Assembly (NCBI GenBank): GCA_963814585.1
Contig: CAWFDF010000009.1
Location: 256,001-320,000 of the forward strand
Reading direction: 5' to 3'
DNA: 64,000 nt
DNA from: an uncultured delta proteobacterium
GTDB lineage: Bacteria > Myxococcota > Myxococcia > Myxococcales > Anaeromyxobacteraceae
This document shows, one piece after another, positions 18,906 through 34,743 of the stretch. Each line of letters begins with the position of its first letter. The first letter of the stretch is position 1. Made by a program: the position numbers and the translations under genes. The notes beneath the pieces were generated by a model. It worked only from the letters and a program-made list of their open reading frames with translations, was not told the DNA's origin and searched no databases.

Positions 18906-19442
18906 CTAGGCGCGTCCGGCGGGGAGCTGCTTCAGGTAGTCCTCGACCAGCTGGCGCTGGGACTTCTCGTCCAGGCTGGCCTTCACCAGCCGGGACGCCG
19001 CGTCGATGGCGAGATCGACCGCCATGCCGCGGAGCTCGGAGACCGCCTTGGACCTCTCCTCGACGATCTGCTTGCGGGCGCTGGAGACCAGCTCGTCGGC
19101 CTCCTGGCGGGCCCTGGCCGTGAGCTCCTGGCGGAGCTTCTCGACCTCCTGCTGGTTCCGCTTGGCCATCTCGGCGGCCTCCCGGGTGGCGCGGGCCAGC
19201 GACTCCTTCTGCTCGGCCAGCATCCGCTCGGCCTCGGCCCGCTCCTTCTTGGCCGCGTCGATGGCCTCGTGGATGGTCCGGGCCCGCTCGTCGAGCATCT
19301 TGACGATGGGACCCCAGGCGAACTTGTAGAGGACGCCCAGCAGCACCAGGAAGGTGATGGCCGTCCAGAGGGTGAGCCCGGGGTTGATGGTGGTGAGCGA
19401 CCCGGCGGCCAGCACCGGGGCGGGGACGGCGAAGAGGGCCAT
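18906..19442 (-). CDS. atpF: ATP synthase F0 subunit b
   Basis: N-terminal TM helix (FLVLLGVLYKFAWGPI) followed by a coiled coil; follows atpE. Confidence 0.93.
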   Translation of the reverse strand: MALFAVPAPVLAAGSLTTINPGLTLWTAITFLVLLGVLYKFAWGPIVKMLDERARTIHEAIDAAKKERAEAERMLAEQKESLARATREAAEMAKRNQQEVEKLRQELTARARQEADELVSSARKQIVEERSKAVSELRGMAVDLAIDAASRLVKASLDEKSQRQLVEDYLKQLPAGRA

Positions 19443-19476
19443 GCTGGCTCCTTCTGGTCGCGGCCGGACGGCCGGA

Positions 19477-19707
19477 CTACTTGGCGATGGCGAGGAGCAG
19501 CGTGACCACGATGGCGAAGAGCGTGGCGCCTTCGATGAGGGCGGCGGCGATGATCATCGAGGTGCGGATCTCGCCGGCGGCGGTGGGCTGGCGGGCCGAG
19601 CCCTCCATGGCGGCGGCGGCCAGCTTGCCGATGCCGACGCCGGCGCCGATGACGGCGAGGCCGGCGCCGATGCCGGCGCCGAAGTATCCGAGAGAGAACT
19701 GGTTCAT
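19477..19707 (-). CDS. atpE: ATP synthase F0 subunit c (H+-type signature)
   Basis: GAGVGIG, ARQP loop, ALIEG; no Q...ES/T Na+ signature. Confidence 0.96.
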   Translation of the reverse strand: MNQFSLGYFGAGIGAGLAVIGAGVGIGKLAAAAMEGSARQPTAAGEIRTSMIIAAALIEGATLFAIVVTLLLAIAK

Positions 19708-19837
19708 GGTGTCATTCCTCAGGTGCTGCCGTGGCGGCGGATGAGGGACGGGCCGCCGTGACCCGTGGCGCGAGTGCTCCGCGCTCGACTACCCATGGCC
19801 CGGGAACCCTCCCGGCCACGTGTGAGAGGTGGGACTC

Positions 19838-20956
19838 CTAGTGGTGGGCCTCGGCGTGGTCGCCGTGGGCGGCGCCGTGCTCCTCGTGCTCGTCGTGGCC
19901 GTGGCTGGCGAAGGCGGCCCCGATGAAGAGCGAGGAGAGCATGGTGAAGATGTAGGCCTGCACGAAGGCCACGAAGAGCTCGAGCATGAAGATGGCGAGC
20001 GCCAGCGCCACCGAGGCCGGCGCCACCCAGACCGAGATGGCGAAGATCAGGCCGAGCAGCGCCAGGATGACGAAGTGGCCGGCCACCATGTTGGCGAAGA
20101 GACGGACGGTGAGGGCGAAGGGCTTGGTGAAGAGCCCGAGCACCTCCACCGGGACCATGACGAACCAGAGCGGCCAGAGCGACTTGGGCACGCCGCCGGT
20201 GAGGTGGGCCAGGTAGGCGCCGATCCCCATGGCCTTGATGGCCGCGTACTGGGTGATGAGGAAGGTGAACACCGCCAGGCAGACCGTCACGTTGACGTTG
20301 GCGGTGGCGGTGCCGCTCCAGGGGATGAGCCCGAACAGGTTGACGAAGAGGATGAAGAAGAAGGCGGTCAGCAGGTAGGGCAGGAAGCGGTCGGCGTCCT
20401 TCTTGCCGATGTTGGGCGCCGCCAGCTCGTTGCGGACGAAGTTCACCAGCAGCTCGACGAAGTTGTAGAGCCCGCGCGGCACCAGGGCGCGCTTGCGGGT
20501 GGCGGAGAGCACCACCAGCAGCAGCAGCGCCGAGGCCAGCCACATCATGATGACGTGCTTGGTCGGCGTCATGTCGACGGCGCCGAACTTGAGGGCGTCG
20601 CCGAAGGTGCCGCTCAGCTTCCACTCGCAGTTCCAGTGCCAGCCGCCCTGCCCGTCCTTGACGCAGACGCCGGGGTACTCGATGACGTCGCCGTCGACCA
20701 CGTGGTGCATCATCACCGCGCCGAGGCTCTCGTCGTGGCCTCCGCCGTGGGCGCCAGCGGTCGCCTCGTGCCCGGCCGGCGCGCCGTGCCCGCCGGCGGA
20801 GGCGCCGTGCGGGGCGGGGGCGCCGTGCTCCACGGTGGCGGCGGGCGCGGCGTGGCCATGGCCGGCGTGGGGATCGGCGGCGTCGCCGGGGGGGGCGGGC
20901 TGATGCTGGCCGAGGGTGAGGCTGAGCGCGAGCGTGACGAGCGTCGAGGCGATCAT
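19838..20956 (-). CDS. atpB: ATP synthase F0 subunit a with a long His-rich N-terminus
   Basis: [37 protein letters not shown]. Confidence 0.95.
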   Translation of the reverse strand: MIASTLVTLALSLTLGQHQPAPPGDAADPHAGHGHAAPAATVEHGAPAPHGASAGGHGAPAGHEATAGAHGGGHDESLGAVMMHHVVDGDVIEYPGVCVKDGQGGWHWNCEWKLSGTFGDALKFGAVDMTPTKHVIMMWLASALLLLVVLSATRKRALVPRGLYNFVELLVNFVRNELAAPNIGKKDADRFLPYLLTAFFFILFVNLFGLIPWSGTATANVNVTVCLAVFTFLITQYAAIKAMGIGAYLAHLTGGVPKSLWPLWFVMVPVEVLGLFTKPFALTVRLFANMVAGHFVILALLGLIFAISVWVAPASVALALAIFMLELFVAFVQAYIFTMLSSLFIGAAFASHGHDEHEEHGAAHGDHAEAHH

Positions 20957-21318
20957 GCGGTCGTTTCCGGGGCGCGGCGGAGGGTGTGGACGTAGGCGGC
21001 CTCGAGGGCCGCGAAGGCGAAGAAGGTGACGAAGAAGGCCACCACGAAGGCGATGACGTTCCCGCTGGCCCGAACCACGGCGACGGTGCCGAGGCCGAGC
21101 AGGACGAGGCGGAGGAGGAAGCCGGCCACCACGACGGCCAGCGCCGCCTGGATCGGCCTGGAGGCGCGCGCCGTGATCCGCAGCGCCAGGACGGAGCCGA
21201 GGCCGGTGAGCCCGGCGATGGCCGCGCCGGCCAGCGCCCCGAGCCGGTACTCGCCGGTGGCGCTGGCGATCCCCAGGAAGGCGGCGGCGATGGCGGTGGC
21301 GGCGAGCGGGAACTTCAC
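20953..21318 (-). CDS. ATP synthase protein I-like 4-TM protein
   Basis: Four hydrophobic segments; 4-nt overlaps with both neighbours; GTG start. Confidence 0.7.
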   Translation of the reverse strand: MKFPLAATAIAAAFLGIASATGEYRLGALAGAAIAGLTGLGSVLALRITARASRPIQAALAVVVAGFLLRLVLLGLGTVAVVRASGNVIAFVVAFFVTFFAFAALEAAYVHTLRRAPETTA

Positions 21319-21560
21319 TTGTCCTTCCTCGGTCCCAGGACCTGCCTGAAGAAGCTGATGAACCCGACCACCATCCCCAGCACCGCGCCGGCCACCGTCA
21401 ACCACGGGGTCCGCAGCTCGAACCACCCGTCGGCCAGGTGCCCGAGCCAGGTGCAGCCACCGACCGCAACCACCAGGCTCGTCGAGGCGGCGGTGTATGG
21501 CGCCGCCTTCCGGTACGCGTCGGCGAGGCTGTTGAGACCGTTACCCTTGCCTTGAAACAT
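21315..21560 (-). CDS. AtpZ/AtpI (ATPase gene 1) family 2-TM protein
   Basis: [24 protein letters not shown] motif; first gene of the F0 block. Confidence 0.8.
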   Translation of the reverse strand: MFQGKGNGLNSLADAYRKAAPYTAASTSLVVAVGGCTWLGHLADGWFELRTPWLTVAGAVLGMVVGFISFFRQVLGPRKDK

Positions 21561-21680
21561 GAGGGACATCCAATGCTTCGGTGAGGCGGAGGGGACGCTC
21601 GTATAGCAGGGCCAATCCCCGCTCGTCAACGACTGCCGGAGCGGGCCCGGAGCGCCCCCTCCCTGCGGGGCAAGCGCCCG

Positions 21681-22976
21681 TCATCCTTCGATCTTTGCCG
21701 CAGCGGCGAAGGCCACCCTCGCGGCGCGGAGCGTCAGGGCCAGGTCGGCCTCGGAGTGGGCGGTGGAGAGGAAGGCCGACTCGAACTGGGAGGGTGGGAA
21801 GTAGACGCCGTTCTCCAGCAGGGCGTGGAAGAAGGCGCCGAACCGCCTCGCCGAGGCCAGGCGGGCGCTGGCCGCGTCGGTGACCGGGGTCGAGGTGAAG
21901 AAGACGGTCAGCATCGAGCCGACGCGGTTGAGCACCACCGGGACCTTCTCGGCGGCGGCCGCCTCCAGCAGCCCGGCCGCCAGCGCGGCGGCCCGGGTCT
22001 CCAGCAGCTGGTAGGCGGCCGGCGTCATCAGCCTCAGGGTGGCCATGCCGGCGGCCATGGCCATGGGGTTCCCGGAGAGCGTCCCGGCCTGGTAGATGGG
22101 GCCGGCCGGCGCCACCCGGTCCATCACGTCGGCGCGGCCGCCGAAGGCCCCCACCGGCAGGCCTCCCCCGATCACCTTGCCGAAGGTGACGAGGTCGGGG
22201 CGGAGGCCGTAGAGGCCGCAGGCGCCGCCGCTGCCGAGCCGGAAGCCGGTCATCACCTCGTCGACGATGAAGAGCGCTCCGTGCCGCTTGCAGAGGTCGT
22301 GGATGCCCTGCAGGTAGCCGGGCTCCGGCACGATCACGCCCATGTTGCCCACCACCGGCTCGATGATGACGGCGGCGATGGTGCGGCCGTGGGCCTCGAA
22401 GAGCCGCGCCAGGGCGGGCAGGTCGTTGTAGGGGGCGGTCAGGGTGTGCTTCGCCACGTCGGCCGGCACGCCGGGCGAGTCGGGCAGGCCCAGCGTCTCC
22501 ACGCCCGAGCCGGCCTTGACCAGCAGCGGGTCGCCGGCGCCGTGGTAGCAGCCGTCGAACTTGACCAGGTCGTCACGCCCGGTGAAGCCGCGGGCCACCC
22601 GGATGGCGGCGGTGGTGGCCTCGGTGCCGGAGGAGCAGAAGCGCATCTTCTCGATCCAGGGGGCCCGCTCGCGCACCAGCTCGGCCAGCTGGATCTCCTT
22701 GGGGCTGGGGGCGCCGAAGCTGGAGCCCTCGCGCAGCGCCTCCTGCACCTCGCGCATCACCTCGGGGGCGCAGTGGCCGGCGATGAGCGGCCCCCAGGAG
22801 AGGACGTAGTCGACGTAGTCGTTGCCGTCGACGTCGACGAGGTGGGCGCCGCGGCCGCGGGCGATGAAGCGCGGCGTGCCGCCCACGCCCTTGAAGGCCC
22901 GGACCGGCGAGTTGACGCCGCCGGGGAAGAGGGTGTTGGCCTTGGCGAAGAGCTTCTCGGAGAGGTCGGTCTTCAT
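21681..22976 (-). CDS. hemL: Glutamate-1-semialdehyde 2,1-aminomutase
   Basis: PGGVNSPVRAF, SGTEA, FDGCYHG, DEVMTGFR, GKVIGGGLPVGAFGG, AGTLSGNP. Confidence 0.97.
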   Translation of the reverse strand: MKTDLSEKLFAKANTLFPGGVNSPVRAFKGVGGTPRFIARGRGAHLVDVDGNDYVDYVLSWGPLIAGHCAPEVMREVQEALREGSSFGAPSPKEIQLAELVRERAPWIEKMRFCSSGTEATTAAIRVARGFTGRDDLVKFDGCYHGAGDPLLVKAGSGVETLGLPDSPGVPADVAKHTLTAPYNDLPALARLFEAHGRTIAAVIIEPVVGNMGVIVPEPGYLQGIHDLCKRHGALFIVDEVMTGFRLGSGGACGLYGLRPDLVTFGKVIGGGLPVGAFGGRADVMDRVAPAGPIYQAGTLSGNPMAMAAGMATLRLMTPAAYQLLETRAAALAAGLLEAAAAEKVPVVLNRVGSMLTVFFTSTPVTDAASARLASARRFGAFFHALLENGVYFPPSQFESAFLSTAHSEADLALTLRAARVAFAAAAKIEG

Positions 22977-23941
22977 GGGATGATCTCGCGGTCCTGGGGC
23001 TTGGGGTGACCGTAGTCGAAGGCTTCGTTGCGGTCGCCGGGGGTGACGGTCCGGGCCGCTTCCTTGCGCCGGCGGACCGCTTCGATGTTGGTGAGGATGG
23101 CCTGCGGGTTGGGGTGGCCCGGCAGGGCCAGCGCGTAGAGCTCGAGGGCCCGGTCGAACCTGCCGAGCTGGGCGTAGAGGCCGGCCTGTCCCTCCTGCGC
23201 CCGCGCCACCAGCTCCGGGGCCGGCCGCCGGTCGACGAGGGCCTGGAAGGCGCGCAGCCCCTCCTCGTCGTGGTGGTCGAGGGCCCAGGCCTGCGCGGTG
23301 AGCAGCTGCGCCTCGTCGGCCTCGACGCTGGCTGGCCAGCGCTCGCGCAGGGTGCGGGCCTCGGCGCGGGCCTGCTCGGCGTTGCCGAGCTCGAGGTACT
23401 CGCGCGCCACCTTGAGCTGGAAGGCGGGGGCCTGCGCCGCGTCGCTGGCGGCGATGTGGGCGTACTGGGCGATGGCCGCCTGGCGGTCCTGGAAGCGGTC
23501 GCGGAAGATGTCGCCGATGATGGCACGGGCCTGGAGCGCCTCCGGGCTGCCGGGCTGCAGCGAGATGATGCGCCGGTAGTAGGCGATGGCGCCGGCGTAG
23601 TCGCCCAGCTCCAGGTAGGCCACGTCGCCGGCGGCCCGCAGGACCCGGAGCCGGACCGCGGCCTGCGGCCCGGGCAGCGGCCCCTCCCCGAGCGAGGCCA
23701 GCAGCCTCTGGAGCTTCTCCAGCGCCTCGCGGGGCTGGCCGCGCTGGCGCAGCTGGGCGGCCGCCTCGATGACGGCCTCGGGCGACGAGCACCCGGGGAG
23801 CGCGGCGAGCAGTCCGGCCAGGCCCAGGGCCACGGCCCGACGGCCCGGCGCCCTGGCGGGGCCACGCGCCCGGCCGGGTCCCCGCCGCGGGGCATGCCGC
23901 CTGGCCGTGCCGGGGCCGGTCCCGCCGAGGAGCGCCGTCAC
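22973..23941 (-). CDS. TPR-repeat lipoprotein
   Basis: LLAALPGC lipobox and multiple TPR helices; overlaps the gyrA stop and the hemL start. Confidence 0.75.
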   Translation of the reverse strand: MTALLGGTGPGTARRHAPRRGPGRARGPARAPGRRAVALGLAGLLAALPGCSSPEAVIEAAAQLRQRGQPREALEKLQRLLASLGEGPLPGPQAAVRLRVLRAAGDVAYLELGDYAGAIAYYRRIISLQPGSPEALQARAIIGDIFRDRFQDRQAAIAQYAHIAASDAAQAPAFQLKVAREYLELGNAEQARAEARTLRERWPASVEADEAQLLTAQAWALDHHDEEGLRAFQALVDRRPAPELVARAQEGQAGLYAQLGRFDRALELYALALPGHPNPQAILTNIEAVRRRKEAARTVTPGDRNEAFDYGHPKPQDREIIP

Positions 23942-26577
23942 GCCGGCTCCTCTTCCCCCTCGCCGTCGCTGGGCGCGGTCTCCACCGGCGCGGCCAGCTC
24001 GCCGCCCGGCTCCTCCACCCCGGCGGCGGCGGCCTCCGGGCTGGTCTCGGCGACGCGGGCCACGCCCACCACCTGCTCCTCCTTCGACTCGAGGGTGATG
24101 AGCCGGACGCCCTGGGTGTTGCGCCCGATGACGCTGATGCCGCTGGCCGCCATGCGGATGAGCATGCCGGCGTTGGTGATGAGCATGACCTCCTCGGTGT
24201 CGAGGACGCGGGTGGCGGCCACCACCGGCCCGTTCCGCTCCGAGGTCTTGATGGTGATGAGCCCCTTGCCGCCCCGGCTCTGCAGCCGGTACTCGGCGAG
24301 CTCGGTCCGCTTGCCGTAGCCGTTGCGGGTGATGGTGAGGATGGTCGGCAGCGGCGCGCCCTCGGCCGGCGCCGGCAGCACCTCGGCCGCCACCACCTCG
24401 TCGCCCTCGTCCAGGGTGATGCCCTTGACGCCGTAGGCGGTCCGCCCGGTGGCGCGGGCGTCCGCCTCCTCGAAGCGGATGGCCATGCCCTGCGCGGTGG
24501 ACAGCAGCAGGTGGTCGCCGGCGCTGGTGAGCCGCGCCGAGATCAGCTCGTCGCCGTCCTCGATGCCCAGCGCGATGATGCCGGTGGCGCGCGGGCGCGA
24601 GAAGGCGTCGAGCCGGGTCTTCTTGACCAGGCCGCGCCGGGTGGCCATGGAGACGTGCTCGCCGCTCCCCTTCTCCTCCACCTCCTCGGCCCCCTCGGCC
24701 TCCTCGCCCCCGGGCGGATCGGGGAGCCGGCGCACCGGCAGGATGGCGGCCACCTTCTCGCCTGGCGCCATCTGGACCAGGTTGACGATGGGCTTGCCGC
24801 GGGCGGCCCGCCCGGCCTGGGGGATCTCGTGGACCTTGAGCCAGTAGACCCGGCCGCGGTCGGAGAAGACCAGCACGTAGCTGTGGGTCGAGGCGGTGAA
24901 GAGGCTCTCGAGGAAGTCCTCCTCGCGGGTGGCGGCGCCGGTCTTCCCCTTCCCGCCCCGCTTCTGGGCGCGGTAGAGGCTGACCGGGTTGCGCTTCACG
25001 TAGCCGAGGTGCGAGACGGTGACCACCATCTCCTCCTCGGCGATCAGGTCCTCGGTGGAGAGGTCGGCGGTCTCGCCCTGGATCTCGGTGCGCCGCTCGT
25101 CGCCGAAGAGGTCCTTGACCTCCAGGAGCTCGGCGGTGATGACCTCGAGCAGCACCTTCTCGTTGGCCAGGATCTCCTTCAGCCGGGTGATGAGCGCCTG
25201 CACCTCGGCGAGCTCGTCGAGGATCTTCTGCCGCTCCAGGCCGGTGAGCCGCTGCAGCTGCATCTCCAGGATGGCCTTGGCCTGCAGCTCGGAGAGGCCG
25301 AAGGTGGCGATCAGGCCGAGGCGGGCCGCCTCGCGATCGCCGGCCTTCTTGATGAGCTCGATGATCTCGTCGATGTGGTCGAGCGCGATCCGAAGCCCGA
25401 GCAGGATGTGCTCGCGGGCCCGCGCCTGCTTCAGGTCGTGGCGGGTCCGGCGCGTCACCACGTCGCGGCGGTGGGCCAGGAAGCGCTCCAGCACCGACTT
25501 CAGGTCGAGGATGCGCGGCTGGCCGGCGTCGATGGCCAGCAGCGTGACCCCGAAGCCGACCTGCATGTCGGTGTGGAGGTAGAGGTTGTTGAGCACCACC
25601 TGGGCCATGGCGTCGCGCTTCAGCTCGATGACGATGCGCATCCCCTCGCGGCTCGACTCGTCGCGCAGGTCGCTGATCCCCTCGAGGCGCTTCTCGCGGA
25701 CCAGGTCGGCGATCTTCTCCACCAGCCTGGCCTTGTTGACCTGGTAGGGGATCTCGGTGACGACGATGGCCTCGCGCTCGGTCTTGGGGTGGACCTCGAC
25801 GCTGGCCCGGGCCCGCACCTGGATGTTGCCGCGCCCCTCCTCGTAGGTCTTCCTGATCCCGTCGCGGCCGAGGATGATGCCGGCGGTGGGGAAGTCGGGG
25901 CCGGGGATGAAGCGCATCAGCTCGGTCACCGTCGCCCGGGGGTGATGGACGAGGTGGACCACCGCGTCGATCACCTCGTTCATGTTGTGGGGCGGGATGT
26001 TGGTGGCCATGCCGACGGCGATGCCGGAGGAGCCGTTGACCAGCAGGTTGGGGAAGCGGGTCGGCATGACCAGCGGCTCGACGGTGGTGTCGTCGAAGTT
26101 GGGCCCCCACTCGACGGTCTCCTTGTCGATGTCGGCCAGCAGCCAGTCGGCCAGCTTCTCCAGCCTCGACTCGGTGTAGCGGTAGGCGGCGGCCGGATCG
26201 CCGTCGACCGAGCCGAAGTTGCCCTGGCCGTCGATGAGCGGATAGCGGAGGTTCCAGTCCTGCACCAGCCGGACCAGCGCGTCGTAGACCGAGGCGTCGC
26301 CGTGCGGGTGGTACTTCTTGAGGACCTCGCCGACCACGCCGGCGCACTTCGAGTAGCGCTTGTTGTGGTGCAGCCCCTCGGTGTGCATCGCGTAGAGGAT
26401 GCGGCGGTGGACCGGCTTCAGGCCGTCGCGCACGTCGGGGAGCGCGCGGCCGATGATCACCGACATCGAGTAGTCGAGATACGACTTGCGCATCTCGTCT
26501 TCGATGTTCACCTGGGCCCGGTGCGGGTCGGCCGGGGGCGGCGGCGGCGCGGGCGGTGGCAGGGTCTCGTCGGGCAT
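23938..26577 (-). CDS. gyrA: DNA gyrase subunit A
   Basis: [29 protein letters not shown], GyrA-box QKRGGKG. Confidence 0.98.
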   Translation of the reverse strand: MPDETLPPPAPPPPPADPHRAQVNIEDEMRKSYLDYSMSVIIGRALPDVRDGLKPVHRRILYAMHTEGLHHNKRYSKCAGVVGEVLKKYHPHGDASVYDALVRLVQDWNLRYPLIDGQGNFGSVDGDPAAAYRYTESRLEKLADWLLADIDKETVEWGPNFDDTTVEPLVMPTRFPNLLVNGSSGIAVGMATNIPPHNMNEVIDAVVHLVHHPRATVTELMRFIPGPDFPTAGIILGRDGIRKTYEEGRGNIQVRARASVEVHPKTEREAIVVTEIPYQVNKARLVEKIADLVREKRLEGISDLRDESSREGMRIVIELKRDAMAQVVLNNLYLHTDMQVGFGVTLLAIDAGQPRILDLKSVLERFLAHRRDVVTRRTRHDLKQARAREHILLGLRIALDHIDEIIELIKKAGDREAARLGLIATFGLSELQAKAILEMQLQRLTGLERQKILDELAEVQALITRLKEILANEKVLLEVITAELLEVKDLFGDERRTEIQGETADLSTEDLIAEEEMVVTVSHLGYVKRNPVSLYRAQKRGGKGKTGAATREEDFLESLFTASTHSYVLVFSDRGRVYWLKVHEIPQAGRAARGKPIVNLVQMAPGEKVAAILPVRRLPDPPGGEEAEGAEEVEEKGSGEHVSMATRRGLVKKTRLDAFSRPRATGIIALGIEDGDELISARLTSAGDHLLLSTAQGMAIRFEEADARATGRTAYGVKGITLDEGDEVVAAEVLPAPAEGAPLPTILTITRNGYGKRTELAEYRLQSRGGKGLITIKTSERNGPVVAATRVLDTEEVMLITNAGMLIRMAASGISVIGRNTQGVRLITLESKEEQVVGVARVAETSPEAAAAGVEEPGGELAAPVETAPSDGEGEEEPA

Positions 26578-26701
26578 CGTGATCGGGCTCTCTCGCGGGC
26601 CACGCGGGCGTGGCCCGATGGGGCCCGTGGCGAGCCTTGGTTGTAGCCGAGAAACCCAGTCAACTCAACGCGGTTGGCCCGTTTCCGGGGGCCGCGGCGG
26701 G

Positions 26702-27100
26702 CTACTTCCCGGCGATGCCGATGCGGGCCGCGGCGCGGCGCACCCGCGCCTCTTCCTCGGCGTGGCTGCGATCGTCGGCGGTGAGCTTCTTCAGCTTCTC
26801 CCGGGCGTCGGCGAGGGCGCGCTGGGCGCGGTCGAGGTCGATGTCGGAGGCCGCCTCGGCGCTGTCGGCCAGCACGATCACCTTGTCGTCGGCGACCTGC
26901 AGGAACCCGCCGCCGATGGCGAAGTGGTGCTCGCGCCCGCCCTCGACGTAGCTGAGCCGGCCGGGCTCGAGCGCGCTCATGAAGCTGGTGTGGCCGCGGC
27001 GGATGCCGAAGCCGCCCTGGACGCCGGGGGCCCGCACCTCGTCGCAGGTGACGGACAGGACGCGCCGCTCCGGCGTGACGATGTCGAGGGTGAGCGCCAT
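26702..27100 (-). CDS. atpC: ATP synthase F1 epsilon
   Basis: LDIVTPER, GFGIRRGH, GGFLQV. Confidence 0.95.
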   Translation of the reverse strand: MALTLDIVTPERRVLSVTCDEVRAPGVQGGFGIRRGHTSFMSALEPGRLSYVEGGREHHFAIGGGFLQVADDKVIVLADSAEAASDIDLDRAQRALADAREKLKKLTADDRSHAEEEARVRRAAARIGIAGK

Positions 27101-27103
27101 CGG

Positions 27104-29444
<2,341 letters not shown>

Positions 29445-29480
29445 GTGCGTCCTCGTTCGGGCCGGGAGGGACGACCCCGG

Positions 29481-31007
<1,527 letters not shown>

Positions 31008-31042
31008 TGCGATCTGTCTCCGGGGGGTCCGAAAGGGCGTGG

Positions 31043-31582
31043 CTACCGCTTCAGGGTGCTGCGCAGGTCCTCGAGCTGGGTGCGGAGCGAGCCGTCGTAG
31101 ACGACGCTCCCCACCTGCGCCACGACACCGCCGAGGAGGGCGGGATCGACGGCGCGTTCGACGAGCACCTTCTTCTGGGTGGCGGCCGAGAGCTTCTCGG
31201 CGATGGCCTGGATGGCGGCGTCGTCGAGCGGCACGGCGCTGGTGACCCTGGCGCGCAGCCGGCCCAGCTCGACGTCGGCCAGCTCGCGGTAGGCCCCGAC
31301 GATGGCCGAGAGGCCGGCGAGCCGGTTCCGCTCGCCGAGCAGGTGCAGCAGCGCGGCGGGCTCGGCCTCCAGCTGGAGGGATTCGGCCAGCCGGGACACC
31401 ACGGCGGCGCGGGCCTCCCGCCCGTAGGCCGGGTTCTGCAGCACGTCGCGCAGCTCCGGCGACGCGTCCACGGCCCGCCCGATGGCGAGCAGGCTCTCGC
31501 CCCAGGGCTCGATGCGGTTCTTCTCGACGGCGAGGCTGAAGAGCGCCTTGGCGTAGCGGCGGGCGATGGACCCAAGGATCAT
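31043..31582 (-). CDS. atpH: ATP synthase F1 delta
   Basis: [21 protein letters not shown]; start MILGS at 31582. Confidence 0.94.
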   Translation of the reverse strand: MILGSIARRYAKALFSLAVEKNRIEPWGESLLAIGRAVDASPELRDVLQNPAYGREARAAVVSRLAESLQLEAEPAALLHLLGERNRLAGLSAIVGAYRELADVELGRLRARVTSAVPLDDAAIQAIAEKLSAATQKKVLVERAVDPALLGGVVAQVGSVVYDGSLRTQLEDLRSTLKR

Positions 31583-31661
31583 AAGGGGAGCGCTCCGTAG
31601 CACGGGCCCCACCTGGTGGTCAAGGGCGATTGGTCCAATGTTCCGAGCACTTGGAGCGTGT

Positions 31662-31689
31662 TTGACAAGCGTCTGCGCCTGCTTACCTT
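31662..31689 (+). promoter_or_regulatory. Putative sigma70-type promoter of hsp20
   Basis: TTGACA-N16-TACCTT; strong AAGGAGG RBS before ATG 31729. Confidence 0.55.
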
Positions 31690-31728
31690 GCGGGCGTCTG
31701 GCGCGATGCCAAAAGGAGGAAAAAAATC

Positions 31729-32166
31729 ATGGCGATGCTCACTCGGTACGACCCATTCAGGGATCTGTTCAGGCTCCAGGACGTGCTCGGCCGCACCTTC
31801 GACGACCGCGTCGGCCTGCCCACCAGCGAGTCGGTCGGCTGGGCCCCGGCGTGCGACATCTTCGAGGACGGCGACGGCGTGACGGTCCGCTTCGAGCTGG
31901 CCGGCGTCGACCCGAAGGACGTCGACATCCGCTTCGAGAACGGCGTGCTCACCATGCGTGGCGAGCGGAAGCTGGAGAAGGAGGACAAGAAGGAGAACTA
32001 CCACCGGGTCGAGATGCAGTACGGCTCGTTCAGCCGCTCCTTCTCGCTCCCCGGCACCGTGGACGTGGAGAAGATCCGCGCCGAGTCGAAGAACGGCGTG
32101 CTCACGGTGACCCTGCCGAAGAAGGCCGAGGCCAAGCCCCGGCCGATCCAGGTGAAGGTCAGCTGA
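31729..32166 (+). CDS. Hsp20/alpha-crystallin small heat-shock protein
   Basis: P.CDIFE, ELAGV, GVLTMRGER, YGSFSRSFSLP, NGVLTVTLPK, C-terminal IQV. Confidence 0.95.
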   Translation: MAMLTRYDPFRDLFRLQDVLGRTFDDRVGLPTSESVGWAPACDIFEDGDGVTVRFELAGVDPKDVDIRFENGVLTMRGERKLEKEDKKENYHRVEMQYGSFSRSFSLPGTVDVEKIRAESKNGVLTVTLPKKAEAKPRPIQVKVS

Positions 32167-32197
32167 TCGTCCCGCGGCGCCGAGGCGCCCGGACGAC

Positions 32198-32231
32198 GAA
32201 GGCGGGCCACCTTCCCGGTGAGCCCGCCTTC
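32198..32231. terminator. Hairpin between convergent hsp20 and bactofilin genes
   Basis: Stem GAAGGCGGGC...GCCCGCCTTC with an inner CACC/GGTG pair. Confidence 0.6.
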
Positions 32232-32254
32232 TCGTGTCCGGGTGACGCAGCGCG

Positions 32255-32683
32255 TCAGCGAGTCGGGTTGTTGCTGACCGGCGTGAGGGTCGGCTTGGCG
32301 GCCGCCTTCTCCACGCCCTCCATCTTGGTCTGACCCTCGAAGATGACCCCCTTCTCCACCATCAGGATGGGGGTCTCGATGTTGCCGCGCATGCGGGCCG
32401 GGTGGTGCAGCTCGACCAGGGCGCGGGCCTTGATGTTCCCGGAGATCTCGCCGTGGACGATGATGGTCCCGCAGCTGATCTCGGCGGCGATCTTGGCCCC
32501 CTCCCCCACCACCAGCACGTCGTTGGTGATGATGGTGCCGTTGAACTTGCCGTCGATGCGGACGGTCCCCTCGAAGGTGAGCTTCCCCTCGAACTCCGAG
32601 CCGCGCCCCAGCAGGGCGTTGAGATCGCTCCCGGCCGCGGCGGCGGGAACGGCGGTCAAGTCATCTCGCTTCAGCATGGCCAT
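32255..32683 (-). CDS. Bactofilin (polymer-forming cytoskeletal protein)
   Basis: LGRGSEFEGKLTFEGTVRIDGKFNGTI...GNI...GVIFEG beta-helix repeats. Confidence 0.93.
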   Translation of the reverse strand: MAMLKRDDLTAVPAAAAGSDLNALLGRGSEFEGKLTFEGTVRIDGKFNGTIITNDVLVVGEGAKIAAEISCGTIIVHGEISGNIKARALVELHHPARMRGNIETPILMVEKGVIFEGQTKMEGVEKAAAKPTLTPVSNNPTR

Positions 32684-32799
32684 GTCCTGTGGTCTCCACC
32701 GGGATCGGCGCGTCGTGGCGCCGTCGCGGTCAAGGTTCGTAGCACCGCTCCCGCGATCAAGTCTACCCCGCGGGGGCGCGGCCCTCTCGCGCCGCCGGA

Positions 32800-33671
<872 letters not shown>

Positions 33672-33675
<4 letters not shown>

Positions 33676-34481
33676 GCCACACCTCCTTCGAGACGCTGTT
33701 TCGCTTCGCGGGCCCGCTCTGGGTCGAGACGCAGCTCCACCTCGCGGGCCAGCTCGAGGTAGCTCTGGCAGCCCTTCGAGCCCACGTCGTAGAGGAGGAT
33801 CGGCTTGCCGTGGCTGGGGGCCTCGGAGAGCCTGACGTTGCGGGGGATGATGGTCTGGAAGACCTGGCTCGCGAAGGTTCGCCGGATCTCCTCGGCCACC
33901 TGGTTGGCGAGGTTGTTGGGCGAGTACATCGTGAGGACGATGCCGTCCACCATCAGCTCGGGGTTGGCGGAGGCCTTCACCAGCTCGATGGTCTTCAGGA
34001 CGTCGGCCAGCCCCTCCAGCGCGTAGTACTCGCACTGGAGCGGGATGATCACGCCCTTGGCGGCGACCAGGCCGTTGAGCGTGAGCAGCCCGAGCGACGG
34101 CGGGCAGTCGACGATGACGAACTCGTACTCCGGCGCGATCGGCTCGATGGCGTTCCGCAGCCGCGACTCCCGACCCTCCAGCGCCGCCAGCTCCAGCTCG
34201 GCGCCGACGAGGTGCTGCGAGGCGGGGACGAGATCCAGGTACTTGAGCTCGGTCTTGCGGACGGCGTCGCGCAGCGGGATGCCGTCGAGGAGCACCTCGT
34301 AGATCGACTGCTCCGACTCGTCCCGCCGGATGCCGAGCGCCGACCCGGCGTTGCCCTGCGGGTCGAGGTCGATGAGCAGGGTCCGGTGCTCGGCGGCGGC
34401 CAGCGAGGCCGCCAGGTTGACGGCGGTGGTGGTCTTGCCGACGCCGCCCTTCTGGTTGGCGATGGTGAGGATGCGGCTCAT
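33672..34481 (-). CDS. parA: Chromosome partitioning ATPase ParA/Soj
   Basis: NQKGGVGKTTT, DLDPQGNA, DCPPSLG, IPRNVRLSEAPSHG; start MSRIL at 34481. Confidence 0.96.
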
Positions 34482-34512
34482 GGGAGGGGAATCTGCCTCG
34501 CCCCTCTGACAG

Positions 34513-34528
34513 TGTTCCACGTGGAACA
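34513..34528. promoter_or_regulatory. parS site 1
   Basis: Perfect palindrome TGTTCCACGTGGAACA upstream of parA. Confidence 0.92.
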
Positions 34529-34743
34529 CCGGTGCGGCGGCGGACCGGTCCCTCGCTCCCGACGACCTCTCGTGGGCGGGCGTGGACGGCGGCTGCCGCG
34601 GGACGGGGTCGGGGTGACCACGGGATGGGCCGGAGGTGTGGCCTGGAGCCTCGGACGGGCGGGGCGCCTGAAGGGAGGGCCGGTCCATCGGGCCCCGGTG
34701 AATTACTCTCGGTCAGGAAGAACGGGCGTGATTTCCGATGGGT

